Shown here: piece after piece, positions 23,544 through 33,657 of the stretch
Numbering within the stretch: position 1 is the stretch's first letter
How the letters are laid out: every line of letters starts with the position of its first letter
Assembly: GCA_046496215.1 (NCBI GenBank)
Contig: JAWOHH010000040.1
Location: forward strand, 27,493 to 91,492
Reading direction: 5' to 3'
DNA length: 64,000 nucleotides
Source: Desulfobacterales bacterium
GTDB lineage: Bacteria; Desulfobacterota; Desulfobacteria; Desulfobacterales; SpSt-501
Position numbers and translations under genes: made by a program
The notes under the pieces: model-generated
Told to the model about the DNA's origin: nothing
The model's database searches: none
What the model saw: only the letters and a program-made list of their open reading frames with translations

Positions 23544-24665
23544 TCAGATCTCCCGGTCGAGCAGCCGCGCCAGCACCTCGTGCGGCACCCTCAATGCCGG
23601 GCGGCACCCCACGTCGTCCTGGCGCAGGAAGCCCTGCCGGTCGGCGTTTCGAAACGATCGTTCTTGCTTGGCGAGGGCAGCCCCGGCAAGCCGCTTTTCG
23701 CGATCCTCCGGGAATGCCTCGACAACCAGCCACCCCTCCGCGACAGCCCCGTCCACCAGATCGTGTCCGGCACGGGAGCGAACCAGCAGGGTGTTCCATC
23801 CGGCTCGCCCTTCGTACATCCCGACCGAGACGTCGGACCACTCCGCGGTCATGTCCGGGCAGATGAAACAGGTGTGCGGAATCAGGCGCCGGATTTCGTT
23901 CAGGGGGAAACGGTGCTCGCCCGCCTCGGTTTTTACCACCAGCGCCTCGGCCGGCGGGGGCGGGATGTCCATGCCCGTGATCGCGGCGATATCCAGCCGG
24001 CCCGAAAGATAGGCGGCCAACTGCCGGTGGTCGAGCGCCCAGTTGCAGAAAAGCCCGATGGCGATAGCCACCGGGTCTTCGAAATCGCAGCGGCCGAGAG
24101 GGTTCATCCGCATCTGGGCGAGGGCCGTCATCTGGCAGGGGGTGCCCACCACGGCGAGCCGGCGCGCCCCGTCCCGCACCGCCTGGTTCATGGCGGCCAG
24201 GGTCGGGGCGGCGATGAACCTGGACCCGGCGCAGGCGGCCACCTCTCCCGGTTCCATCACGACCCGCACCGCGGGCTCGATCCCGTCGGCCCCTGTCAGC
24301 ACGGCCCCGCCGGCAATGTTGCGGGCGAGCGCATAAGCGGCCAGGGCCGACACGGTGCCTCCGCCCTGAAAACCGCCCCTGACGGGTTCCCCGGCCCGGG
24401 TGGCCAGGATGCGCGTGAACCGCCCCAGGGGCGCACCGTCATAGGGCGCGTTGCGGAAAAACCGGGAGAGCGCGTCTAGGTCCACCTCCGTTTTCGGGCA
24501 GTGGGCGTTGCAGCGGCCCTGCGGCAGCGTGCAGGGGAAGAGCATGGTGGTCCGGCCCCGGTAGTTCTTGAAGTAGGGGCAGATGTTCACGCACATGCCG
24601 CACCCGATGCACAAGTCGCGTCTGGCCACATCGGCAACAAGTTCGTTCGGCCCGAAGACTCGCAT
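23544..24665 (-). CDS. FrhB/FdhB-family (coenzyme F420 hydrogenase beta-like) iron-sulfur flavoprotein
   Basis: N-terminal ferredoxin motif CIGCGMCVNICP followed by an FrhB-like body (GGTVSALAAYAL). Confidence 0.75.
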   Translation of the reverse strand: MRVFGPNELVADVARRDLCIGCGMCVNICPYFKNYRGRTTMLFPCTLPQGRCNAHCPKTEVDLDALSRFFRNAPYDGAPLGRFTRILATRAGEPVRGGFQGGGTVSALAAYALARNIAGGAVLTGADGIEPAVRVVMEPGEVAACAGSRFIAAPTLAAMNQAVRDGARRLAVVGTPCQMTALAQMRMNPLGRCDFEDPVAIAIGLFCNWALDHRQLAAYLSGRLDIAAITGMDIPPPPAEALVVKTEAGEHRFPLNEIRRLIPHTCFICPDMTAEWSDVSVGMYEGRAGWNTLLVRSRAGHDLVDGAVAEGWLVVEAFPEDREKRLAGAALAKQERSFRNADRQGFLRQDDVGCRPALRVPHEVLARLLDREI

Positions 24666-24668
24666 CGC

Positions 24669-26741
24669 TCACCCCTTCCCCCCCTCTTCCTTGCCGGCCA
24701 CGGAGCGGATGTGGATGTCCCGCTGCGGGAAGGGGATCTCGATGCCCGCCTTCTTGAACTCCTCGAAAATCGCAAAGTAGAGGGCGCTGTGGACCAGCCG
24801 CTCGGCCGTTCGCCTGGCATCGATCCACACTAGCAGCCTGAAATTGAGCGAGCTGTCCGCAAACTCGGTGAAAAGCACCCGCGGCGGGAACTGGGAGGAG
24901 ACCATCGGCTCCCGGCCGGCCACCTCCAGCAGGATCCGCTCCACCTCGCGGGGATCCGATCCGTAGGAGACGCCGACGTTCAGCCCGGTCCAGATCATCG
25001 GGGAGGAGAGCGAGTAGTTGATGATGGTGTTGGAGACGAGGTTGGAGTTGGGGACCAGGTACTCCACGTTCTGGCGGGTGCGGATGCGGGTGGAGAGCAC
25101 GCTGATGTCCACCACCTCGCCCAGGTTGCCATCGACTTCGATCCAGTCCCCCTTGCGGACCTTGCCGCCGAAGATGATGGTGAACCCGGAGATCATGCTG
25201 GCGGCCATGTTCTGCAGGCCCAGGCCGATGCCGATGCCGATGGCGCCGGCAAACACCAGGATCAGCCGCAAATCCACCCCCACCGTGTCCAGTGCGATCA
25301 GCGTGCCGATGCCGAAGAAGCTGTAGCGGATGATGGTGTTGACGGCAAACCCGGTTCCCGGATGGACGCCCATGGCCGGGTAGGCCTTGTAGTCCAAAAA
25401 CCCCTGAATCAGGCGTGCGCCGAGGATGAAGAAAAAGATGATCAGCAGCGCTTTGATCAAAATCCAGAAGGAGAGCAGCACCCCGCCGACATTGACGAGC
25501 GGAAAGGAGAGGATCCGCTCCACCGGCTCCAGCAGGCCGAGCAGGTTCAGCACGATGATCCCGGTGGTCACCCCCGCGGCGTAAACCAGGAAGGACCGGA
25601 CCGAGGCGACGACCGCCTGGGCGCGCTCGTCGGTCGCGGGGATTTTGTCGGACCAGCGCTGCAGGCCGTTGCGCAGGCCGTGGTAGACCAGCGTGAGCGC
25701 CACCAGGGCGGCTACGGTGAACCAGATTTTGGTCAGGAGCGCCCGGCCTGCCGCCTGGAACCCGAAACACCACAGCAGAGCCAGCAAGAAAGAGAGGCCG
25801 ACCAGCGGGTAGAAAAGACGGTTGAGGGCCCGGACGTAGCCTCGGTAGCTCTGGTAGGGCAAGTCCGGGAGAAGCGACATCAGGGCTTTTTTCTGAAGCA
25901 TCAGGGCCAGGAAAATGAAGACCGATAGGACCGAGAGCGCAAAGCGCAGGAAGGCCAGCACATCGTCGCGGAAATGGAAGGCCTCGGCGCCCCAGAAGAG
26001 GGCGATCCCGATGAAGAGGTAGAGCAGGATGATGCGGGCCGTCCAGAACAGGCGCCGGCCGTGGGCGGCCGTTTTCGGAAAGAGGCTCCCGGTCAAAAAT
26101 TCCCGCAGCAGGCCGAGCGCCAATGCGGCGGCGGCCCACAAGCCGAGCAGCCGCCCGGTCAAGGTGAACCAGGCCGCCTGGTAGATGATCATCGCGGTGA
26201 TCAGGGAGTAGAGGCCGAGCAGCAGCAGCGGGATGGCCGCCGCCACCACCACCCGCAGGGCCGCGAGAAAGTAGGGGTAGAGCGTTTCGGGGATCCGGGC
26301 GCGCTTAGGGTCCAACGCGGACTCGATGCGCTGCATGACCCGGGCGCGGCCGAAAAGGCTGTAGAGCACGGCCGCGATGAAGACCAGCATCACGAGCGAC
26401 CCGGCGATGCCGAGCGCGCGGCTCTCGGCCCGCGCCTGCGCAAGCAGCTCGGGCATCCGCAGCGGCAGGGTCAGGGCCCATTTGTATAGGTAGTTGATGG
26501 TGTCGAGGTCCCACCCCAGAGGCGTCCACTGCGAGAGGATGCGGACCTGTTTTTTCAGTTCCGCGGTGACGTGGGCGGCCTCTTTGAAAAAGACGTCGTC
26601 CATGTCCCTGGAGAGGGAGATGGCTGGCGCCTCCTCCGGCTTGTCCGCCGCGGGGGCGTCGGAGGCCGCCCCGGAAGAGGGCAGGGAGAGGAGGGTCGCC
26701 ACTGCGGCAACAAACAAAACGCTGCGAAAAGTCGTCTGCAT
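24669..26741 (-). CDS. Mechanosensitive ion channel (MscS/MscK family)
   Basis: Signal peptide, multiple TM helices and an MscS beta-domain (GDWIEVDGNLGEVVDISVLSTRIRTRQNVEYLVPNSNL). Start set to ATG 26741 (MQTTFRSVLF). Confidence 0.85.
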   Translation of the reverse strand: MQTTFRSVLFVAAVATLLSLPSSGAASDAPAADKPEEAPAISLSRDMDDVFFKEAAHVTAELKKQVRILSQWTPLGWDLDTINYLYKWALTLPLRMPELLAQARAESRALGIAGSLVMLVFIAAVLYSLFGRARVMQRIESALDPKRARIPETLYPYFLAALRVVVAAAIPLLLLGLYSLITAMIIYQAAWFTLTGRLLGLWAAAALALGLLREFLTGSLFPKTAAHGRRLFWTARIILLYLFIGIALFWGAEAFHFRDDVLAFLRFALSVLSVFIFLALMLQKKALMSLLPDLPYQSYRGYVRALNRLFYPLVGLSFLLALLWCFGFQAAGRALLTKIWFTVAALVALTLVYHGLRNGLQRWSDKIPATDERAQAVVASVRSFLVYAAGVTTGIIVLNLLGLLEPVERILSFPLVNVGGVLLSFWILIKALLIIFFFILGARLIQGFLDYKAYPAMGVHPGTGFAVNTIIRYSFFGIGTLIALDTVGVDLRLILVFAGAIGIGIGLGLQNMAASMISGFTIIFGGKVRKGDWIEVDGNLGEVVDISVLSTRIRTRQNVEYLVPNSNLVSNTIINYSLSSPMIWTGLNVGVSYGSDPREVERILLEVAGREPMVSSQFPPRVLFTEFADSSLNFRLLVWIDARRTAERLVHSALYFAIFEEFKKAGIEIPFPQRDIHIRSVAGKEEGGKG

Positions 26742-26930
26742 CCGGAATCGATTTGTGCAAAAATACGTTCTGCGCATGCCCTGTGACATAATATAGAAAC
26801 AAACAAACCTCAAACCGGCGCCGAAGGGTTTCACCCAGACCCTCGATCTCGGGTTCATGGCGGTTCCGGCGAGGAGGCTCACATTGTTCTTGACCCCATG
26901 AAGGACGACGCGATCTCCAAGCGGTAGACG

Positions 26931-27383
26931 CTACCTCCTCGCCTTGCCCGAAATGGACTCTATCGCGACTTTATAAACCCGCGCCTGATCCTTGAGCCTC
27001 TCGATGTATTTCAGGCCCTCGGGGAAATAGGCTGCGGAGTACTTGTGGAGCAGCCCTTCGAGGGCGCTCTGCTTTTCCGCCCCAAACGCTTCGGATGCCG
27101 ACCCTTCGACGATGCAGCACTCATATCGGGTGCCGAACTGGTCCGGGAGGATCTGAGTCGGCCCGACGACGCAAAAGGAGACCTTGGGGTTGGCTGCGAT
27201 GTGGTCCAGCTTCCGTCCCTCGAGGGCGCAGTGGAAGTAGAGGAAGTTGCCGATCACGCAATAGTTCAACGGCACTCCGTAGGGTTCGCCATTCGGCGAC
27301 ACCGTGCTCAAGACGCCGTATTCGCCGTTTTCGAGGATGGAGGCGGCTTCCGCAGCCGTGGTCTTCCTATCTTTTCTGCGCAT
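26931..27383 (-). CDS. Pyridoxamine 5'-phosphate oxidase family (FMN-binding split-barrel, NimA-like) protein
   Basis: GVLSTVSPNGEPYGVPLNY...LYFHCA is typical of the family. Confidence 0.8.
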   Translation of the reverse strand: MRRKDRKTTAAEAASILENGEYGVLSTVSPNGEPYGVPLNYCVIGNFLYFHCALEGRKLDHIAANPKVSFCVVGPTQILPDQFGTRYECCIVEGSASEAFGAEKQSALEGLLHKYSAAYFPEGLKYIERLKDQARVYKVAIESISGKARR

Positions 27384-27560
27384 GGTCCTTTCCTATTCAG
27401 CCACCCGGCAGACCGTGAGGGCGCCCGCAGCGCGCAGGGCCGTGATGCTGAACCGCTCGGTGCGACGGCCGATCGGCAGGGTCAGACCTAAAGCCCCTAA
27501 TCCCTGGCCGACGGCGCTCGGCGCCACTGCCCCAGCCTAACGCCGTCTATCGACCGGCGC

Positions 27561-28187
27561 CTATTTGGGCACAAAGAGATCCCAGTCGACCCCCTGGCTT
27601 TTTGGAGAACCGGAAGCGGCCCCTTGGCCGCTCTCGACGGTTGCCTCCGTTTTCAGATCAAAACAGCGGGACTCCGCCTGCATCAGGTTCCACATGGTCA
27701 GCTTGACCGAGTTCCCCTTCTTCTCCTCTTCGTCTTTGAGATTGTGCTGCAGGACGAGGCTGATGTCGTTTCCGTTCTCGTCGACAAACGACCACTTCCA
27801 GACGATCACGATCCCGAAGGGGTCCCCGCGCCATTTGTCGGGTTTCCCGAAACGCTGTTGGAAGCGCACCAGTAGTTTGTCATAGAACTCCTTCGAGGAA
27901 TCCGCATATTTGAATTTCAGCCGGATGATCCGCGGCGGCTGGAGACAGGTCCCGTAAGCCACGAGGCCGGTCTTGTAGCCGAACTGCGGAACCGTCTCGA
28001 CTTCCTTCAGGGAATCCAAAAACCGTATCGGTATGGTCGTCTCCTCCCGGAGCATGTGGCGGTGGTTTTCCACCAGATCGCCGACAACGAACCCCGCCAA
28101 CCCCCGCGGAACGGTTCTGCCGTGGCTTTCCGACCCCGGCACCATTGCTGCCAGCAGTACAACACCGCAGATCACTATCCGAAGCAT
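27561..28187 (-). CDS. Hypothetical secreted protein (208 aa)
   Basis: Signal peptide MLRIVICGVVLLAAMVPGSES after a GGAGG SD. The over-extended ORF N-terminus runs into repeat copy A. GC is lower than the surroundings by eye. Confidence 0.55.
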   Translation of the reverse strand: MLRIVICGVVLLAAMVPGSESHGRTVPRGLAGFVVGDLVENHRHMLREETTIPIRFLDSLKEVETVPQFGYKTGLVAYGTCLQPPRIIRLKFKYADSSKEFYDKLLVRFQQRFGKPDKWRGDPFGIVIVWKWSFVDENGNDISLVLQHNLKDEEEKKGNSVKLTMWNLMQAESRCFDLKTEATVESGQGAASGSPKSQGVDWDLFVPK

Positions 28188-28220
28188 GGCCGCCTCCATT
28201 TGCAGAATTCCTTTATCAAA

Positions 28221-28335
28221 CCGGCAACAAAACATGTTCAAATGGGGACCCGTCCGTCCCGGCCACGCCCGATGGGGGTCTCACTCCCACCGGGCTATCC
28301 CGCCGATAGGGTGTTTGACGGAATTTTGTTGCCGG
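28221..28335 (+). repeat. MITE-like palindromic intergenic repeat, copy A
   Basis: CCGGCAACAAAA...TTTTGTTGCCGG terminal inverted repeats. Shares catgttcaaatgggga and ccgatagggYgtttga blocks with copies at 18030-18144 and 54077-54173. Confidence 0.8.
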
Positions 28336-28596
28336 AATAATATGCATCCCGCCGGATGCGTTGAATTATAGACGGCACGCAAGGCGCCGCCGCCCGTCTC
28401 GGGTCAGGTACAACATAGATCCGGAAGGCGTGATTACAAGACGATGGGCGTCGAAACGGTTTCACCCCTTCGCGGCTGAAGGGTTCTGTTTTCGTTCAAT
28501 GGCACAGGCCTGATTGATTCGCAAGCGAGCGCTTTAACCGCGGAGGGGTATTTTCCGGCCGGTTCCCGCAGGTGGACATAATCTCGCGTGTTATCC

Positions 28597-29499
28597 TCAC
28601 CGATAATAAAACAGTGCCATCCCGCCGGCGATGAGCCCCATGCCCTCGAGGTGAAACATGCGGACCGACTCCCCGAGCAGCCAGACCGAAAGCAGGGAGG
28701 CGTAGACCGGGATCAAATTGATGAAGAGCCCTGCGCGGTTGGGGCCCACCAGGTCCACCCCCTTGTTCCAGCAGAAATAGGCGACGATGGAGGGGAAGAG
28801 CGCGACATACAGGATGCTCAGCACGATGTCCCGGCTGAGGGCAAAAGGGCCAGTGGCAGCCAGCTCGACCAGGTAGGCCGGCAACAGGCCGGCTGCCCCC
28901 AGCAGGAAGGTGGCCGACAGAAAGCTCAGGGGATGGATGGCGGGGCGTCGGCGCAGCATCGTGGAGTAAAGCCCGTAGGCCGCAACCGCGACGAGCATGA
29001 GCAAGTCGCCCTGCACGAAGGACATGGCGATCAGTGTTTTCAACGCCCCCCGCAGCACGATCAGGGCGGCACCCAGGATGCAAAGCACCACTCCGGCCAT
29101 CTGGCGGGGAGAAACTTTTTCCCGGCAGAGGGTCAGGCTCAAGAGCACAATCACCGCGGGCATGATGGACTGGATCAGGGCGCCGTTGATGGCGGTGGTG
29201 GTGTGAACCGCGGTGTAGAGCAGGGTGTTGAAGCTCGAAATCCCCAGAATTGACAGGAGGAGCAGCATCTTCCAGCTGCGGGCGATCTCGCGCCGGTCCG
29301 CGGCGAGTTGGCGCAGCGTGAAGGGCAGGAGCAGCACAAAGGCGAGGACCCAGCGCCAGAAAGCGAACGCCACCGGCGGGATGATGTCGGCGACCCCGCG
29401 CGCCAGCACGATGTTGCCAGCCCAGCACAAAGGGGCCACGCTCAGGACGAGATAGGGCCAGAGGAGGGCGGCCGGTCTCGGGGGCGGCTCCGGTATCAT
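28597..29499 (-). CDS. DMT superfamily (EamA-like) transporter
   Basis: 10 predicted TM helices arranged as two EamA-like repeats. Confidence 0.85.
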   Translation of the reverse strand: MIPEPPPRPAALLWPYLVLSVAPLCWAGNIVLARGVADIIPPVAFAFWRWVLAFVLLLPFTLRQLAADRREIARSWKMLLLLSILGISSFNTLLYTAVHTTTAINGALIQSIMPAVIVLLSLTLCREKVSPRQMAGVVLCILGAALIVLRGALKTLIAMSFVQGDLLMLVAVAAYGLYSTMLRRRPAIHPLSFLSATFLLGAAGLLPAYLVELAATGPFALSRDIVLSILYVALFPSIVAYFCWNKGVDLVGPNRAGLFINLIPVYASLLSVWLLGESVRMFHLEGMGLIAGGMALFYYR

Positions 29500-29501
29500 G
29501 C

Positions 29502-30185
29502 TCAGGCCCGGGGCGGCAGCAGGATGCGCGCGTCGGCCGCCACGCAGCGTTCCGAGGAGCAGAAGACGGGGTTCAGGTCGATCGACTCGGCCCGGTCCCC
29601 GAGGTCCATGACGAGATCGGAAAAGCTCAGGACCATCGCGGTCAACCGGGCCATGTCGATCCCGGGGCCGCCGCGGTGCCCGGTGAGCAGCCGGCTGCCC
29701 TGCAGGCAGGCGAGCATCGATCGCACGTCGGGGGCCCTGAGTGGGGCCATGCGCGTGACGGTGTCCTTGTAAATTTCAACCGCCGTGCCGCCGATCCCGA
29801 GCAGGATCACCGGACCGAACTGGAAGTCGATCTTCGCGCCGACGATGAGCTCCTGCCCTGAGAGCATTTCGGCGAGCAGAACCCCGGCGAAGCCCGGCAG
29901 CCGGCTGAGGTCATCGTAGGCTTCCGCCAGCGCCCCGGCGTCGGCGAGGCCGGGCCGGACCCCCCGCACCTCGGATTTATGCATGATCTGCGGCGACACC
30001 ACCTTGGCCACCACGGGAAAGCCGATGCGCGCGGCGGCCGCCTGCGCGTCTGCGGCGGACCGGGCATAGGCAAACCGCGGCACCGGCACGCCGGCCGCGG
30101 CCAGCACTCGCAGGGCCTGAGGCTCCAGCACCCAGCCGTCCGCCCGGGCGGCTTCGATGATCTCTACAGTTTCGGCAGCGAGCAT
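29502..30185 (-). CDS. ADP-forming acyl/acetyl-CoA synthetase, beta (ATP-grasp) subunit
   Basis: MLAAETVEIIEAARADGWVLEPQALRVLAAAGVPVP...GFPVVAKV is ATP-grasp-like. Start set to ATG 30185. It overlaps the alpha subunit 3' end by 22 nt. Confidence 0.8.
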   Translation of the reverse strand: MLAAETVEIIEAARADGWVLEPQALRVLAAAGVPVPRFAYARSAADAQAAAARIGFPVVAKVVSPQIMHKSEVRGVRPGLADAGALAEAYDDLSRLPGFAGVLLAEMLSGQELIVGAKIDFQFGPVILLGIGGTAVEIYKDTVTRMAPLRAPDVRSMLACLQGSRLLTGHRGGPGIDMARLTAMVLSFSDLVMDLGDRAESIDLNPVFCSSERCVAADARILLPPRA

Positions 30186-31552
30186 GGTCTGCACCTCCGC
30201 ATGGCCTCCACCATGAAGGCCGCCCCGTCGATCGAGGAGGCGACCGGCACGTTGTTCAGCTCGAAGCCTTCGATCAGGATCCGATATTTCTCGACGTGGG
30301 GCACATAGGCCACCAGCGGCTTGCCGGTCTGCTGGTGCACATCGCTCAACCGGGCGCCCAGATCGGAGCTGATCCCCGGGGAGTAGGGCAGCAGCAGCAG
30401 CAAGAGGCAATCCACCTCCGGTGCCCGCCCCAGGACGCTGACGGCGGCTTCGAAGTCCTCGTCAGAGGAGCTCCCGGTGAGGTCGACCGGGTTCCCCAGG
30501 GAGGCGATCTCCCGGATGCTGGCTGAAAGGCCGGCCCGGAGTTCCGCCTGGACCGCCTCTGAGAGCCGCGGCAGGCGCAAGCCCAGGTCGCTGCAGATGT
30601 CCGATGCCAGGGCGCCGTGGCCGCCGCTGACCGTGATGACGCCCACATTGCCGTCGATGCCGCGAGGGTAGTGACTGAGGGATTCGCAGAAGCAGGTCAG
30701 TTCGAACTCGTTGCGCGCCTCGGCGATGCCGTACTGGGCCAGAACGTTGGAAAACACCTTGTAGTCGCCGGCCAGCGAGGCGGTGTGGCTGTTGACCGCG
30801 CGGATGCCCTCGGCGGTTTTGCCGGCCTTGAGCACGACCACCGGCTTGGGGATGGCGGCGGCCTGCTCCACGAAGGCCCGGCCCTCGTTGCGGCCGAAGC
30901 CCTCCACATAAAAGGCGATCACGCGTGTTTCCGCGTCGCGCGCAAGGTACTGCAACAGCTCGATCTCGCGGATCAAGGCCTTGTTGCCGATGCTGACGGC
31001 AAGCGACAGCCCCAGCCCCTGTTCGGTGAATTTCACCATTTGATCCACCAGCACCCCGCCGCTTTGGCTGACGAAACCCACGGCGCCGGCGCTGGGGCGC
31101 ACCAGGCGCTCACCGGGCAGGAAGAAGGTGTCGAATTTCCCCGGCGAGTAGATGCCCAGGCAGTTGGGGCCGATGAACGGGAAATGCGCCTCACGGGCCA
31201 TGGCAGTGATCCGCTCCTGGAGGTCCGGGCGGCCGCTTTCGGCAAACCCGCCGGAGATGACCACGGCGCCGCCGACACCGCTCGCGATGCAGTCGGCGAG
31301 GGTTTCCGGCACGAGATCGGCCCGAACGGCGATCACCGCCAGGTCGACCCCGCCGGGGATCTCCCCAATGCGGCGGAAGACCGGCTCGCGCTTGAAGATC
31401 CCGCCGCGGGGGTTTACCGGGTAGGCCTTGACCGGATAGCGCAGGTGGACCTTGTTGTAGATAACGTTGGCCGGGTGCCGGTCGTTGGAGAGCGACACGC
31501 CGACCACGGCCACGGATTCGGGCTTAAACAGGGCGTCGAAGTCCAAGGGCAT
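30164..31552 (-). CDS. ADP-forming acyl/acetyl-CoA synthetase, alpha (CoA-binding/ligase-CoA) subunit
   Basis: CoA-binding N-terminus PESVAVVGVS and a succinyl-CoA-synthetase-like domain (GPNCLGI, FVSQSGG). Confidence 0.85.
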   Translation of the reverse strand: MPLDFDALFKPESVAVVGVSLSNDRHPANVIYNKVHLRYPVKAYPVNPRGGIFKREPVFRRIGEIPGGVDLAVIAVRADLVPETLADCIASGVGGAVVISGGFAESGRPDLQERITAMAREAHFPFIGPNCLGIYSPGKFDTFFLPGERLVRPSAGAVGFVSQSGGVLVDQMVKFTEQGLGLSLAVSIGNKALIREIELLQYLARDAETRVIAFYVEGFGRNEGRAFVEQAAAIPKPVVVLKAGKTAEGIRAVNSHTASLAGDYKVFSNVLAQYGIAEARNEFELTCFCESLSHYPRGIDGNVGVITVSGGHGALASDICSDLGLRLPRLSEAVQAELRAGLSASIREIASLGNPVDLTGSSSDEDFEAAVSVLGRAPEVDCLLLLLLPYSPGISSDLGARLSDVHQQTGKPLVAYVPHVEKYRILIEGFELNNVPVASSIDGAAFMVEAMRRCRPCSLPKL

Positions 31553-31749
31553 ACCTCATGGGCACGGCACAAGCCGAAGCAACCGACCTATTCGTAGCAC
31601 GGATGCGGCGGCGGCGGCAACCTTCGGCAGGGTTTGGTGCCGGATCGCCGATATGCTATGGTGGGCCCGGTTTGGATTTCAACCGGCGGGTGTCAGGTTT
31701 TCCTGTCGCTCGCGGTCGAGGCAAGCGGCGGCATGAACGGGGGCGCAGG

Positions 31750-33657
31750 GTGCAAACGCAGTTTCACGACAGCTTGAGAATCGTTCGGGAGGACCTGCCG
31801 CGGCTGGCCGATGTTCTCAAACTCGATGTTGCCGGGGAGATGGGCCCCTGGGCCAAGGCCATCGACACCCGTCTGCTGGCCCGCTTCGATCCGGGGTTCC
31901 CGCTGGTGGCGGCCGTGTGCGGGGGCGGCTCCTCGGGGAAATCCACTTTGTTCAACGCCCTGATCGGCGCCCCCCTCTCGCCCACCGGCGGCCGGGCGGG
32001 CATGAACCGCCGGGTGCTCTTTTCCCTGCCCGCGGCCCTCTCCGGCCGTGAGGAGCTCGTGGCCGGGCTGCTGGACCCCTTCGGCGCGCCCGCGGCCCCG
32101 CTCGAGCAAATCGAGGATCTTCTCGTGCTCGGGGGGCCGTTGTTCGTGCCCACCACCGGTTCCGTCGTTTTGCTGGATACACCTGATTTCGACACGGGTG
32201 CCGGGGGCCGCTACGCCAACCGGGACAGCGCCCGCAGCGCCCTGGAAGCGGCGGACATCCTGATCTACGTTTTCACCAACTCCAACTACAACAACCGCGA
32301 CAACACCGATTTCATCGCCGAAATGCTGACCGGCATCGGCCGGCGCAAGTGCTTTCTCGTCTACCGCGCCTACCCCGGCTTCAGCGAAGGGGAGGTGGTC
32401 GAGCACGCCATGACGGTGGGCCGCCACATTTACGGCGAAGAGGCCGGCCGCTGCGTCCTGGGGATCTACCGCGCCGACGAGGACAACCGCGTTGCGGCCG
32501 GGGCGATCCCGATGGTTTTGCGGCCGGCCCGATCCGGCGATCCGGGGTTTGACGCGGCGCTGCAGGCGATCGACCTGCCGCGGCTGAGGCACGAGCTGCA
32601 CGCCAGCATCGTGGCCGATGCGCTCGGGAAGGCCCAGGGGCTGGCCGCTCGTGCCACGGCCTCCCTGGAGGACCTGAAGCGGTATGGCGCGGCCCTGCGG
32701 GCGGCTCAAGGGTTGTGCCTCCAGGAGGCGCTGAGTTTCTTCCCGATGGATCGGGTGGTGCGGCGCTTCGCCAAAATCTGGTCGGACACCGACCCGCCGG
32801 CAGTCAAGCTGATGCGGCGCACCGGGAGCTTGATCGAGCTGCCCGTGCGGGCCCTGCTGGGGGCGGCCGGGTGGGCTCGGGAAAAGCTCTCCGGCGAACC
32901 GGCCCCGGCCGCACCGGAGGATCAGTTTTCCCGCAAGCTCGAGGAAAACCTCGTGGCGGCGGCGACGTCGCTGAATCATTACCTTCTGAGCCCGCACCTG
33001 TCCCTGCCCATACCCTCCTCCGCTCCCATGGAGATCGAGCGTGCCCAGGCCCCGGGGCAGACTTTCACCGACCCGGTCGCGCCGGTGTCGGTGGCGGCGC
33101 ACCCGGCGGTGTTCCCGGCCCAGGAGCGGCTCCGGCTGCAGGACTTCAGCTCGGCGCTGCAGCGCATTTTAAGCCGAAAGGACGAAATCGGCCGGATCGG
33201 CCATGATATGGACGATGACCTGCGGCAGCTGGCGGACCATTTCCGCAGCCGGATGGGGACCTGGGCCAAAATCAGCCAAACCTTCTGGGCGGCGCTGAAC
33301 GTCCTGCCCGCCACGGTGGCGGTGACCTACGTTTTGTCCACCGGGGACCCGGTGGGTGGGGCCACGATCAAAGTCAAACTGGCCGGGCTCTTCGGCGTGA
33401 AGGACCTCTACGCCCTGGTGGCCATCCCGGTGACCCGCGGCATGAAAAAAGCCGACCGCAGGCAGCTCAAGGCGATGCTGGGGCCGCTGGCCCGGACCTG
33501 GTTGCAAGGCAAGTCCGCCCTGGTGCAGGCACTGTTCGAGGAGGCGCTCTCCGGGGAGATCCTGCGCTCGGTCGAGGACACCGCCGCCGCTGCCGGCCGC
33601 CTGGCAGATTCCCTGGCGGTGGCCCTCGGGCGCGCCGCCACCGGGGGGGACCTATGA
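31750..33657 (+). CDS. Dynamin-like/P-loop GTPase, divergent (paralog 1)
   Basis: G1 is GGGSSGKST and G3-like is LLDTPDFDTG. A later hydrophobic segment is FWAALNVLPATVAVTYVL. Start set to GTG 31750, because the ATG at 31558 would abut the divergent gene. Confidence 0.65.
   Translation: MQTQFHDSLRIVREDLPRLADVLKLDVAGEMGPWAKAIDTRLLARFDPGFPLVAAVCGGGSSGKSTLFNALIGAPLSPTGGRAGMNRRVLFSLPAALSGREELVAGLLDPFGAPAAPLEQIEDLLVLGGPLFVPTTGSVVLLDTPDFDTGAGGRYANRDSARSALEAADILIYVFTNSNYNNRDNTDFIAEMLTGIGRRKCFLVYRAYPGFSEGEVVEHAMTVGRHIYGEEAGRCVLGIYRADEDNRVAAGAIPMVLRPARSGDPGFDAALQAIDLPRLRHELHASIVADALGKAQGLAARATASLEDLKRYGAALRAAQGLCLQEALSFFPMDRVVRRFAKIWSDTDPPAVKLMRRTGSLIELPVRALLGAAGWAREKLSGEPAPAAPEDQFSRKLEENLVAAATSLNHYLLSPHLSLPIPSSAPMEIERAQAPGQTFTDPVAPVSVAAHPAVFPAQERLRLQDFSSALQRILSRKDEIGRIGHDMDDDLRQLADHFRSRMGTWAKISQTFWAALNVLPATVAVTYVLSTGDPVGGATIKVKLAGLFGVKDLYALVAIPVTRGMKKADRRQLKAMLGPLARTWLQGKSALVQALFEEALSGEILRSVEDTAAAAGRLADSLAVALGRAATGGDL

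Noticed and set aside
31558-31749. N-terminal 64 codons of the longest ORF for the first GTPase.
   Set aside because: This start would lie 6 nt from the divergent acyl-CoA synthetase start, leaving no promoter space. The sequence is Arg/Gly-rich junk. GTG 31750 is preferred. Similar over-extensions were trimmed at 3553, 6455, 6864, 8275, 17547, 19599, 23491, 26882, 28241, 30410, 41108, 46395, 51423, 59139, 59584 and 61637.
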